A DNA stretch of 64,000 nt from Obrimoposthia wandeli (Eukaryota): the NCBI GenBank assembly GCA_977020255.1, contig CDROCS010002180.1, forward strand, positions 434,001-498,000. The letters run 5' to 3'. The translations under genes were made by a program, and so were the position numbers. The notes beneath the pieces are model-generated. The model made no database searches. It was not told the DNA's origin and worked only from the letters and a program-made list of their open reading frames with translations. This document shows positions 34,301 through 49,100 of this stretch, in pieces; position 1 is the first letter of the stretch; every line of letters starts with the position of its first letter.

Positions 34301-35275
34301 TTGTTTGTATAATGAAGCTTTACAATTTTGAGTCGTTTTGGCATATCCATAATCAATTCACCAGAAATAACAAAAATCTCCATCTTTTTGTTGTTGTTGT
34401 AATTTCTATATTTTATCAAAACAAATACTAAAGCCCCAAAGGTTTGTTATTTAGAAAAAGATCCATACTTAAATTTCTACCTGTACATTTCCGAACTTCG
34501 ATTCCACGATACAAATAACGATGTATGGGGTAATTTTAGAATATAATATTTTTATTCAAGTACATTGGTTGCTTTTGAAGGCGAGAATGGAATATAACAT
34601 TTAAAACTAACTTTGGAATACTTGATTTTTGGTAAAATCTTCATTTTGAAACGAAATGCTTCAAGTTGAACAACAGAATATCATAACATATCTTAGGAGA
34701 AATTATGATCAGCACAGACTTATGACGTTTTGGATCGACCAACCGTCAGGAATACAGCCAGTCCAAGCTGTGTAGTCAACTATCAGAACATGACGAGTTT
34801 TGCAACAAAGAAATTGAAGTCACAGAACACTCGATCAGCAACTGTGGTAGGGACAAGATCATTTGATCAGAAACTCATGTTATAGGCTGCTCTCCATACA
34901 ATTTATCAACATGACGACCGTACACCGTCAACAAATCCGTTGGTTGTTGAAGAATATATTCCAGTTGAAGTTGTACGTTAAAGACTTTGGTTTAGTGAAC
35001 TTTGGTTATTGAAACAAAATATATGCAGATCCCAAACCAAAAATATTTTGGAAGTTTATTATAATTATTAAATCAAAACTAATGTTTTTTAATGTCTAAA
35101 TATTTCGTGAATAGTTTCGCTTTTTCTTCTTTTTTTCTTGTAATAAGAACACCCGATAAAACATTATTTAATTAATCCAATTTTGAGAAAATCTTACAAA
35201 TATATTTGATTTATTTAGTAGACGCTGATATCCTTTAGCTTTGTAAATTCAATTTTTGAACTTCTGCTTGTTCAG

Positions 35276-37057
35276 AAGGTCGCCGATCGTCAGGAATGAG
35301 CTCAAATCACCAAAATTCAGAAACCATGCCGGTTCCTAAACCCCGACATACTATAAACAGGGTAACTCACAACTTTATTGTTCATCTTTAAATCCGAATC
35401 TTCTCTTAGGATCAGCCCGATGGATACTATAAACAAGGTGAGACTTTAGTTTTCCTCGCATTTATAATGTTGCTTTCCCATATTAGTCATCTTTCTTTTT
35501 TTCTCGATGCACAACTTTGGATTAATAAGTAATTATGGATGTTCTTCAGACATTCTCTAAACTTCAACAAAATACGTTCAGAACTGTCGAATATATTTAA
35601 ACTAACACGAACAGGAACATAGACAGCTCTGGAACCAAATACAATTATTTGAAATTTGAAATAATCTACAAAAACCATTCTGAACTTATCATTACAATTA
35701 ATTTCCAGGTTGAATAAAACCGAATAAAGTACGCAATATTAAAAAAACTACATTACCTATAATATTTGAAGTTATTATGCTAATCCAAAAATGATTATTA
35801 TTTAAAGAGCAGTATGTACTTCTAATCTCTGAAGCATGATGACAAAACAAAGTTCTTTTAGTTAGAAAATCGCCTATTTAAAATATATTGTGCAAAATTA
35901 TATAATCTGTTGCCACTTCATCTGCGAAATTGTAAAAATATTGATACCTTTGAAAATATTTATGTTCAAGAAGTTTTATAGTGAAGTAAACAGAGTTAAG
36001 CGCTTGTGAAGAGATTTTATTTGCTAAATTCTAGTGCCATATTAAATAATTTTTTAATGTTTTATGTTCAAACACAAAGTTTCTACTACATTCAATAGTA
36101 GCCTTCTAAACGCGACTGGACATTGGAATTTTAGTTTTTGTTGCATGGTAGTGCCGACTTTCAGTTAAAATATCTCCTACGGTTCGTAGTGGATTTTGTT
36201 GATATTTGGAAAATTTATTTGCAAAGTTTTACTTAAATCCCAAAGTTGTGTTTCAAGGAAGTTTAATTTATTGAAACTCGGCTGCGAAATATGCTGTTCC
36301 TATCTATTTCGAATCCCCCTTAGGTTCAGCTAAATTTATTTAATTGTAATTTTATTTGAATATATATATATATATATTCTCTTTTTACATGGTAGATACG
36401 TTCCACAGAACACCATGTAAAAAACATAGACTCCATAGTAAAATAGGGATACGTTCCATAACTTCCAAAAAACGTGCAGAAAAGCAGTTTTTAATTCTAA
36501 ATAGAAAACAAAAATTTTTAAACAAAAATAAAGTTAGAAACAGTACAGTAATTATTCACCTGTAAGGGTATTCATTAAAACATGTTTTTGAGAGAGACCG
36601 ACACCGAATCACTTATAGATGCATTATTTAAAAGCTTGGAAAGGTACTATTATAGGTGAAGCGTGAAATTTTCGGTGACCGGACACCCTTATAGGTCGGA
36701 CCCCTTATAGATGAATAATTACTGTACTTCTATACTTCTATTTTTAATGAAAATAAAATTAATATTAAATTCAAATTTTACTTTTAAACAAAAAAATAGG
36801 AACACATTGTAAAAGAAATAAACTTATATGAAATGCAAAGGTTTATAGCGATTCGTCGCAACTTGATAATAAGCGCATCTGTTTGCGAAGAGCTGGTGTA
36901 AAATCACTATCATTGCTAGAAATAACTAGAATATCAGACAAACTGGGATCTTTGATAATGACTGAACGAAAGTAAAAAACGTATAAAATAGATAGCAAAA
37001 AAAGATAAAAAGGAATTTTGTTGACCGTGTTATTTCAAAACCGTGTAAAAAGAGAAT

Positions 37058-37132
<75 letters not shown>

Positions 37133-40100
37133 AAGGAGCATCAAAAGCCACAAGTCTCAAGATATGATGTCACAGAATTTGCTCTCGAGATTTCTGAAAG
37201 ATTTGCATATTTGTCAGTTAGAATAGCCATCGTATTCACCAGGCATAATTTATTAAAAATAAATGGATTTGTAAGGTTGACAGACAGATTTTGGAAAGAG
37301 CCATTTCAGCTAAATTTATAAACCAACTGTGCAACAAATGTCACGAAAAAGATTTTACAAAAATGAATAAAAAATAGTTTTTCTAATAAATGTTTGTTTT
37401 CATAGTATTTTTGAAAATTTTGGAAACAAGAATATGCATGTATTAAACATATCCTCGGGTTGTAAGAAAACTTTATTTCAAAGGTCAAAATGGTGTTTCA
37501 AATCAGTTGTTTGTTTAATGCAACTTTCTATTTGTTTCATCCAGTTCTCTAATAGTCTAGGTCAACATAAGAATAAATAGGAGACGAAAGATTCCCAGAC
37601 TGGTCCAGATGTCCTGTCGTAATTTTCTGAAAGGGAAAAGTTTCTTTGTTTTGTAATTATCATTTCCTGGTGATCGATTCTTTTCAATTTTTCCAATGAA
37701 CTGGGGACCATATTTGAAGCAACTTTGTTATATTTTCTCTAGGATATCCATGTACACTTCCAGTTAATTGTATCATTCAAATGGGAACTTTTACAAAGGC
37801 TACCTGCATTATTAATGACTTTCGAAAGGCTAATCAACCATTACCATGATTATGGGAATGATGACGACGATAGAAGCGATATTGGTAAAAGACTAACCAC
37901 ATTCTTATAAGTATTGGAGCTGTTTAAAAAATGTTATATAATGGATAATTTTTCAATTTTTAAACATACATTCTGTAAAACCAGTATTCATTATATTTAA
38001 TTTCGTAAAATGTAACTTTAAATCATATTACATTTTATTATTACTTATAATTGTCAATAGTCAGGATGTTGTAATAAATAGTTCCTGCGTGCGCCTACAG
38101 AGATGCAGCCGAACTATAATCGGTCAACGCCGCGAGGTTCAGTGCAGTCATCGACGCAGTATCCGATCACACCTGATCATGCGAAATCGCAGTACGCAGT
38201 ACAGCAGCGCCCAAAAGACTCACATCGGCCGTCAGTAAACTCAGTCCAGTATCGAGGATCAAGACCCAGCATAGACTCCACAAACGACAGACGTCCGTCA
38301 CGTGAGTTCCACAGCCAGATTTCCTCTAATTTAATGCTTTTTAAACTCCACGCATTTCTGTTTGGAATAAAGTAAAGTACTCTCGTCTTCATGCAGGCTA
38401 TTTGCAACTTTCTCGGGGATTTTAATAGAAATTAGTTTTAATAAATAATTATTAGGAATTTGTTGTATTTTTAACAATTGAAATCGAGTTTGGAAAACCG
38501 TAGTCTAAACAATGAAGAAAATGCAGTAACATTTGAATGTGAAAAGCAAGGCGAATATTTAGTGTTAGGTTGAACAAAAAACCATCACCTGCGCGTTGTT
38601 GGATTGGAAAATCGTTTGTTTTTACTTATTCTGTAAGTGTTTCCGCATAAACCAGACGGAGATGATAGTGGAAGGAGGATTTCAAATGAGCGGCTAATGC
38701 ATCCATTTCGCAGCATATGTATTTTCCTGTTATTGAATAATCTCAACTATAACTATCAGACGGAATGATGCATGAGAAAAACCAATATGTCATAAAAATA
38801 TGACCCAATTGAATACCACATTTCTGAGTCTGCATATTGGCGGAGGATATGTATTTTTAATGAACCAATACTAGTCCATGATTTTTCACCCTGCCAAAAT
38901 GGTAAATTTGATTACATTCAAGTCAAAAACAGTTTTTAGCTGTTTCCGTAGATGAAGATAGCATATGTATTTAGTTTTCAGCTGTGTATCTTTTGGATTG
39001 ATTTTGGAACATTTGTCATATGATGTATAAGCCAAAAGAAAAGATTATTCGTAGATCGAAAGAGGATCATCATAAACCCTTACGTTCAGAATATTATGGG
39101 TACAAATTATTATGTGACTTCAAAAAAGATTTAGTGATCAAATTATGACTTATTTGCATTTTTGTTAAATAAATTGTAACATATATTCAAAATATTGGCT
39201 AGGATTTAATAAATTATTTCTTTTTATTTTTAAATCAATTTGAGTATGGGAATCTATGATGGTACTTAGAACACCGTATTCGTACACTAAGTATCCCAAA
39301 AGAGGCTTCTGATGTACCAAAATGACTACTAACATTTGCCAGATACTCCTTTTTTAAACTGACAAATATACCGACTTCCAATCACTAAAAAACAGTTTAA
39401 TGGTGGTGGATGGTATAGTGGTCAAAATCATTGACTAGTGGAGGAAGAAAAGCGAATGGGATACTTGAATTCTCTTATAGGTCAGGACGAGTTTATATAT
39501 ATATCCTCCACTTCTATGCAGACGGATAGGAAGATGGTATAGACTTGAGTGTGGCCCTTGTACTACAAGATTTGACCACTCCTGCTCTACAGGCAAGTAG
39601 CTCTGCAGCTTGTCTAGGGGTGTGTAAATTGTTTCTCATGTCATTCAACGAGGCTTAATCAAACATAATGTTATAATCAATATCGTTTTTTTAACGACAG
39701 AGTCACCTGGTTCTGAATCTGTGTCAGATGAATCAATTTCTGATATGGTAGTATTATAGTAGGGCATTTTTGGATTGCAGAAGCAAATTTGTTAGGTTAG
39801 ACAATGTTAAAATAGTTATTCTTGTTGGAATCCTTGATGTTTTTCACATTTAAAATAATTAGCAATCGTTAGTGTTCTTTCTGTTCTCTACATACCATTG
39901 GATAGAAAATGCCATACCATCTCGCTTATCAGTTGTGGTACAATTGTTTTGCCTTGTTCACATAGAGCCATTCCAAGATAGGAAAGGTAGAGTTGTTTGA
40001 TATGATTCATAATAAAAAGTGCATAATCTTTTGTTGAAAACTCCCCACAGATGTAACAAAACTTGTCAGGGGAATTTGAGGAGCCTCTAGATCAATGTAT

Positions 40101-43100
40101 TACTAACTTTATGTTACTACGCCTCTCATTAAGAAAGATCTGATCTTGGGGACTGCCCCTTTATTTCATAAAGTAATAGACACATTTTTAAATGAGAAAA
40201 AACGTGTTTGACGAGATAATAACAAGGTTTTGCCATATATATTTCATATTCAATTATATTTTATATACGTCGTTATGATAATTATATTTCGGTTAAAATT
40301 TCCGCGCCTCCCTCTGCACTAGTCCGTGCCTCCCCAGGGAAGCATTCTTCACAGTTTGGATATCGCTGCTCTAGACAAAGGTGTCTCAACAATGTAGTAT
40401 TGAAACTGTCGTTTGTTTAGTTATAATTATTTCATCAAAAATTTAAGTAAATTTTTACATAAAATGATTTATGTGATAGAATATTTTTTTAATTATAGTG
40501 ATGGGAATTGTTGTTGCTAGACAAGAATATGGTCTGCTAAATGGTATTAAATGTTAAGGGCAATGTGGGAAAAGTAAGAGAGATTATGTTTTGGTTATTT
40601 TAGTCGCTTTTCAGTATTTATGCCATACGAAACTGAAATTTTGACTTATCACAATATAAATCCATTGTCAAATTTTAATTTTAAATGTGACTAAGTTCTT
40701 GTTGTGTATCTTAGTCATAAATCCAGTAATTAATGCTCATTTTGCAACGATGAGCATCGTTGTTGTTTTATCAAACTCGTAGTTTTCGATATACTGAGCG
40801 GTTGAGATTAAACATTCGGAGAGACAGGGTGAGTGTTGTGAGTACAAAGACAGTGCAAACACCACTTTGTAAGCACAAATAAAACTACTTATCGATGCTC
40901 AGTTTTGTATCACCTGGTCAATCAAAATAACGTGTATGAGTGTTGTAAAATGGTGTTGATATACAAAATATCCATAGGAGACAATCAATTTAACTCACGG
41001 AAATTTAAAATTCCTAATTTTTCAATAGACAAAAATATATTTATTATAAGACATTTTTAGAATTTTGTTTGTCTAAAAAATTGACATATTTCCAAGCATT
41101 TGTCTGCAGTGTATATGGTGAAAAAAATTAGAAAAAAATGAGTACCTCATGAATTAACAGAAATTCAAAACATTAAATGATTTACGATTTGTACGTCACT
41201 TGTATTTAGACCAGTGATTCCCAATCTATGCGTCGCGACACACTAGTGTGTCGCCAAGCATATATAAGTGTGTCGCGAAAATTACGAAAATTACGAGTAA
41301 TACGTCCCAGAATTGAACGTTTGTGTGCAGAAAAACAAGCACATATTTCGCATTAATTGATTTTTAAACGTACGTATTACATTTTGTTATTCAGAATGAT
41401 TTTGTTATTTAATTTTAGGTTATTCGGACAGTGGTTGCATTTTTTTTTGGTGAGGAGGGAGAAAAAGAAACTCTTTTATGGAAACTGTAAAACTTTATCG
41501 ATTTTGTTACAAATATTATTAAAGCGAATAATAAAGTGACGAATTATTTAATAATCCATTTTTTATTTATTTAGCATTTATATCCATTTGTAAATGGTTT
41601 AGTTTCTTAAAATTTTAAATTTGATGTGTCGCGACATTAAGCGAAAAAAAAAAGTGTGTCGTTATTAAAAAAAGATTGGGAAACACTGATTTAGACAAAA
41701 TGAATGTAGTTTTTTGGAACGTTTGATAGCTTGTTGTGAAAGGTGGATAAACTACAACAATAAGATACTTTCGTATCAGTAATGAAAAGCGGGTGAAGCA
41801 CCATAAACAATTCCCAGGCAAGCATTTCACCAAAAATCTGTTTGGTGGTCTATGGCGGGCATTATACATATATTTGAATGCAGGGAAAACTAATTATTCA
41901 GATTATTTTTAAACAACCCAGCTTAGCTAATCGGAAAGCACCAATTTTTCTCAAAAACTTGTTTGACGAGATAATAACAAGGTTTTTCCATATATATTTC
42001 ATATTCATATATATTTTATATACGTCGTTATGAAAATTTGTGTCAGACCAAATTTTGCGAAGGAACTTTAAGCTTGAAGTCTTTTTAGATCCTCCATACT
42101 TACTGAACCTAACTCCAACCGAGTTTCATTTTTCTATCATTTCTGTATGGAAATATATTTGATAATATAGAAAGTATAAGCATCTTCTTCAAGTGTCGAG
42201 ATAAAGAATATTTTTCAAACAGGTTTCGAATCTCTCACAAAACGTTGGGGAAATGTCTAGAATCAGAAAGATCTTATTTTGATTAATTAGTGTTTTAGTA
42301 TGTGTGTATTTATCTTGTATTTTAATTTTTTAAAACCGACATTAATTATGCCACAGCTTAATAATAGATAAGAAGTACGAGAAAATGCTATCTGCGTATC
42401 TCATACCGTTACTCAAAATAATCAAATGTTTTGGAGGCACTGAACAATTTCTGAACGAAAACTTACCAAATCATTGGGTCGGACAAAAGGGTCCATTTCT
42501 ATGGTTACCGAGGTCACCATACTTAACATCACTAAGCTATGTCATACAGCTACTTCAAAGAGAAAGTGTACGCCTGAATTCCAAGATATTTTAACGAGCT
42601 GAAGGGTTTCCTCGATCAAACATTTGCAGAATTATTACGCACCCATTATAAAATTTCTAAAACGGCTAAATGTACAATTTATTATAATATCTATAGTAAA
42701 TTTTATTTTGTTTGCTTACAACTGTTTTTAGCTTTATGTAAATAACACCTTTAACCTTGAACTACGTTGAGGACTTTTTGATAATCATATATTTTGGTAT
42801 TTTAGCACACACTATTTCTTGTCAGAATTTATTTCAAAATATAATTATTGTTCAGAAGTATTTTGTTTGTCTAACTATCACATTGGAATGTGTGCTGTAT
42901 CTAGAATATCCAAATATCTTGAAACACCTTCGGGGCAATATAATCACTCCAAAATGAATGTTTTCGAATCAATGTCCAAGTGCGAAATTATGCAATGAAT
43001 TGTTATCGAGCATAAGAAACTTTAGAACAACCGGTACTATCTAATATAATTTGAAGAAATCACCATTCAACAAGTAGCGAGTAGCCGCTATGACTAGATA

Positions 43101-46100
43101 TTGACGCTTTAGTTAATTAATATGATGAAAATCAAAACCAGTTTGAGTGAAAGGTACGTTACAAATTGCCTTTCGGTATAAGAAATGTCGAGACAATAAA
43201 TGTAGTAGTTGTTCAAATGAAAAGTGTTTTAATTAAATTGACTTTAGTACAAAATTGCTGAATTTCTTAATTACGTGGGTTAGCCAATTGCGTGATTCAA
43301 GGGGCGATGGCTGCTGCACAAGTGCTGATGTGCCTGGGTTGGTGTTGTGTGATTGATCATTGCTGATGCTAAGTTTTGTGTGTGTGCTATCTGGATTTGT
43401 TTGTCGGATGGTGGGCTTTATAAGGGCCGCAGTTTGGTGAAGACAGCTCATAAAATGTATTTTTATGTTGTAATGATAATAAAGAATATTTTGTTACTTG
43501 TGTATGTCTTTACGTCCGAGATCTGCATCATGATATTACTGAAGAGATTATATGTGATAGATTCCAAAAGCATGCAAATGTTTTGTCTATAATAGTATGC
43601 AAAGATATGGTTACTAGAAATTCTCTTTGTAATGATTTTGTGAATTATAATTCCACAAATGAAGCTAAGGAAGCAATGCATAAAATTAATTTCAAGACCA
43701 GTATAACCTGTATAATGTAAACACTGAGTTCAAGAGTTTTGGGCGTATTCACAAAATTGGAATTGTGATCAAAACTCAAAATATCGCGTAATTTTAAAAT
43801 TACATGAACACAATACAACATTAATTTAAAATATATTTTAACAAAAAATAACTTAGACAAAAGGATTATCAATATATTTTTTAGATAAAATCCTTTGTAA
43901 TTAATATCGAGATTGTATAACTGACATAGTATTTGGTGGATAAAACATTATTCTGTATTTGATCAATTTAAATCAGCTGCACTATAAGGATCATTAACAA
44001 GAAGCAGTAGAATATTTCTTTAAGACTTGGGTAGAATTTTATTCATTTTAAGTAATCATTTTATAAATTAGTATGATGTCATCCATGTATTTATCAGAAT
44101 GTATATAGAGTAAAACCCCAAACAGTGTGGATTTTGTAAAATATTAATAAATATAATTTAGAATAAAACTATATTTAATCCTTTAAAAATATCAATATTG
44201 ATTTCTAGATCTATATGTAATATTCTTAAAACTCACATTTTAGAAATTATTCTTTCGTCTGATATTTTTCCGAGTCAATATTGCAGAATACTATTATTAA
44301 AACAGATTGTATTGAAATGTCTAGTCAAACAAAAAGAAGAATAGACAATGTTGGTCCAAACAAACGACATTGGCCAACATTGAAAATAAAGTAGATGTTA
44401 TAAAGTGTCATGAAGATGGTGCATCATTGGCTAAAATTGCACGTGATTATAAAATACATGAGTCATCTGTGCGTGTCATTGTAAAGAAGAAACAACAATA
44501 TAAAGATCATGGAATAGCTACTGCATCTCACATGTCAAAAAGAATTGCAAAAAATAGAGACAAAACATGTTGAATATGGAGCAACTTTTAAAATATGTGG
44601 ATTGAAGATTGTAAGGGAAAAAAAATTCCACTCAGTCAACTTATTATTCAAGAAAAAACAAAAAGTCTTTTTAGCGCATTTACCACTCAAAATGAAAATG
44701 AAGGGGATTCTTCTACGACTACAAATGAAGAAACAAATTAATAAGAATCTTTTAATGCGAGTCGCGGTTGGTTCAATCGCTTTAAAGAACATACAAAAAT
44801 TCATAGTGTTATATTTTTGTTGGCGAAAGTGCTAGTACTGATGTAGAAGCAGCCGCAAAATATTATTGAAGATGGTAATTACAGTGATCATCAAATATTT
44901 AATGTGGATGAAACAGGATTGTTTTGGAAGTAAATGCATACTCGAACATATTTAGCTGAAAAGGAAGAAGCACAACCAGGGTATAAAATTGCAAAAGATC
45001 GTCTGACTCTTTTGTTAGGTGGCAATGCGTCTGGTGAATTTAAATTGAAGTCTATACAGCCTATGAAGTCTATGAAAAACTATAATATCAGAATTACAAT
45101 TGAAAATATTGATTCAGCGTGGCGTGAAGTTACTGTTAGCAACATTAGAGCTGTATAAGCTTTTGCCTCATTGCGCAAATGATTTTGGTGGTTTTGAACC
45201 TCAGGTTCAAACAGTTGTAGAAAATATTGTTCAAATCGGGAAAGAGCTTGGATTTAATAATGTAGACAATGCTAATGTACGTGAATGCATCGACTCTCAT
45301 TCTGGTGAGCTCGATAACGAAACTCTTGTAGAAATTGATCAGTAACAAGCATATGAAGAAGAGGAAGAAAAAGAATCAAATGATGATCCAGTTGAAATTA
45401 AAGAATTTAGCATTGCTGACATGGACAAATTATTTTCACTTTATGATGAAACTTCCAAAATTATTATGAATGGAGACCCAAAAGTCAAACGCAGCATCCA
45501 AGTGCGAAACACTGTTGAAGAAAGTATTCGATGCTACAGAGAACTTTATGCCACAAAAACGAAGAAGAAATCAGTGCAAACTTCTTTGCTTAAATATTTT
45601 TCTAAACAATAAAAATCTTTCAGTATTCTTTTTGTTTCAATAAATATTTAATTATAATCTTGTTTCATTATCTCTGTTAATGCTCGTTTTTAATGCATTT
45701 AATAACTTTTCATTATTTTATCGTATGTACGTATAGATATTTATTCAGTCCAGAACGAATTACTATTAAACCCATTATATAATGCTTCAAACAGTGCGGT
45801 TCCGAACAGTGCGGGCCAATTCTGGCACGAATTACCCGCACTGTTCGGGGTATTACTGTACTTGACTTTCATCTTATCCATTTTGTTTTTTTACCTTTGA
45901 AACATTTCGGGGACTTTCTTAAATCAACATACTATTTTTTCCCAGTCAGACTTACACATGAAAATATTTGTTAACCGTTCTTTAGACGGTTTAGAACTTG
46001 GTCTATTTTTTACCAACTATTTAGGATCGTTTTTTTTTTTAAGTATCACCCAGACTCAACAAAATTAAATGTCTTTATATTCATACTTTTTAGGTTTTTC

Positions 46101-49100
46101 ACTGTCACCGGATAATATTTTCAAATAAATGTTGTGTCTGGTTAAAAAGAACCAATTCGCCCATTTGACATTAGCTTCGACTGACATTTCTTTTATCTAA
46201 TATCATAGAGGAAATGTTTGACTTCTTTTGTTTACAATTTACTCATACGATGTTCTATCTATTTCGTTAGTCTTATCGACTGTTTTTCATCTAAATTCAT
46301 AATTGTATTTTGATTTTTAATGATGTTGTTCATTTGACCAACTGGTATGTTAAATTGTTTTGCAATTTCATTTTCCGTACTATATTTCACAATTTGTTTG
46401 CATTTTACATGTTCTAATTTTAAAATATTGCTGAAGACTTTCCTGTTTCAAAAGCATTGTGAAGAGTTTTGGTGTCGTAAAGTTTAAGTCTAAGTAAAAC
46501 AGTTCGAATGTGTCTAGTAACAGAACTCTAGAGAAAATATCAAATTGATCTAATTAATATTGTGTGGATTCCTAAGAGGTTAGTAGAGTAAAATACGTAT
46601 TAAACATACCTATACGTTCCAAAGAAGGATGCTTATTTGTTAAAAATAGTAAGCCAAACTTAATATCACTAGGATAAGTCATATGAAAGATTATACAAAT
46701 GTATATTTATTTATTTTGCTTCCATATGTACTTATCTATTACCTATTTAATAAGGTGTAGTTATTGTAGATTTACCTACTGATTCTCGGTTGATTCTCTT
46801 CTCCCCCATGTCCAGGTACACGGGGGCGCGATAGCCGCAGAAGCCACAACCCCGAGGATAGGAGGCAATCTCGCCAGTCACATATATCGTACGACCAGAG
46901 ACCGATCAACACTGTGAAAGAGGACCCTGATATGGCTGATGAAGACGTTCTGGTGAGTAGTACATAATCTCCTGTTAGTGCCATATATCCAGCATGTCTA
47001 AGAGAACAGATTTCCATGCATTTGAGAAATGACCGAACAAAAATAAACTCAAAATTAAATCGAGAAAAAGTGTCTTCAGAGTTTGCACCAATATATACAA
47101 TTTCATGGGGCAAGTTAAATCACACTATATAAACTTTAATACAACAATGATGATTTGCAGATATATATTTGAATTTTAATGATAATCCAAACTCTTATAA
47201 TAACTTGACAGAATAATAATTTACAATAGAAAATAAATAATATAATAAAAATAGAACAATAATTATGAAAAATAATATAATGTAACAGTTATACTTATAA
47301 AAAATTAATAAATGTACTACATATTCTCTAGAGCATAACATAGTTTATTTTTATGTGTCAATTTTTACATTTTGAATATAACATAACCTTTTTGGGGTCC
47401 TCTGAAATTCATTTTATCCAAAATCTACTGTATAAAGAAAGTATGTATGAGATTAAATATGTTCCTGCAGGAAACACGTTCGATTGATCATTTACGAAAA
47501 AGGTATCCCATTCCGGAAGCCATCAAACGGTACAGTATTGCAGCTACTGACCTGGTGGGAAAATCGGTAAGTTCAGTCCTCAAGTTCTAAAATGTTTTGT
47601 TCATGTTTAACTTTTGTGACAAACTTAAAATCCAAAACTATAATATATACTTCTATTCAAATTTATGAACTTTATTTTTTTCTTAACCATGTAAAGTTAT
47701 TTGCATTTAATCCAATAAACGTTTGATATCATGCTACAAATATATCATTCAAATTTATTTTTGGTTTTAAGACCTAATGACACCAGACATGGAGTAATTA
47801 TACTTTATTTCATTTAAATCAATATATTTTAAATAGTTTATAAATGTATTACCTATAAATATAAATAGCTGACTAAAACATGAAATCCAACTGTGTGCAG
47901 AACGAGGAGCTGTATATCATGCTAATTCAAATGAATCGAGGCAAGGCTAGTATGGATGTCTGGAAGGAGCATTTGGAAGAATCCATCGCCAGAATAGATG
48001 AAGAACTGGAAGGAAATTTAACGTAATTTAAATTTTTCATGAAATAATAACTGAAAGTTAAGAAATAAATTTTTATAAGACAGGTAAATAAATCAAGTAA
48101 AATAAAAATCGATTTTTAAGGAAAATTATTAAATTCATTCTGTTGATAATTACAGATTCTCAAAAATGTTTTATTTGGTCAATTGATGTGCAAACCGTCA
48201 CATATCTTTAGTTCTGTTATCACATTTGCACATTGTTGCAGACCCCGAGACCGTGCCCAACAGGATCAGGAACGGGCGGGGTTGGCCCAGGACCTAGATG
48301 AAATGGAAAACATGCTGGTGGTGCACTTGCCGCTCATCAACTTTCTGGAGTCAGTAGTCCAGATGAGCGACATCTACGCCGGCGATAACCAGACCTTTCA
48401 CGTCGTTTACCACGATGTGAGTTGTTGTGAAATAGAGATGATAAATAGTGGTTGTTAAAAGATAATATATACAGAACTAAATTAAAGATTATGTTTTGGA
48501 AGTACGTGATCAAAAAAATGGCTTGTGATTGTGATAGAAAAGTTATGAGTTATGATTTTAAGAAAAACAGTGAGTTTCAAGTGATCGATTCAACAAACTG
48601 ATATTAAGTGGATTTTCAAAGCTGGATTCACGAATAGGTTAAATATACGAGAGTGGAAAATTTAGTAGAAAAAATATTTTAAAAGTTTAGAAAAGGAATA
48701 ATTATATTATCAAATTTTTTTCCGCTAAGAATTGGGTCTTCATTTGATCAATATAACTTTTTCCCAAATCATAACAGCTGTGGAAATTGTTCTTTGACTC
48801 AAAAGCACGAGTTTTTCTTGGACTACATTTTGAGCTTTCCAGAGAGCGAGTGGCTATACAGGTTTCAGACAAAGGTCAGTCAAGGACCACATATTGCACG
48901 CAAACCTCTTAATTCCTGTTACTATACACCGGAGGATGAAGTGCTTTGATTCAAAATATTCTCTTTCCAGAAACTAACGGCCATGCTATTAGACCAGCTT
49001 ATCTTAAGCTCCTCAGTAACCCCACCCTTTCCATAAATTTTCCTAGTTTTGTCTTGTTCGATGTTCCTCTTTCTTTGGGCGACGTTGGTCTACTCAGGCT

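Noticed and set aside
34700-34980. Candidate exons linking the PH domain to 35276
   Set aside because: Splice phases could not be reconciled unambiguously, so they were left unannotated.
36926-37321. ORFs with HT/YI/CV repeats
   Set aside because: Translations of the (TA)n(TG)n microsatellite.
38640-40050. Possible LINE endonuclease/RT remnants on the minus strand
   Set aside because: Only vague motif echoes with many stops; cannot be supported without a profile search.
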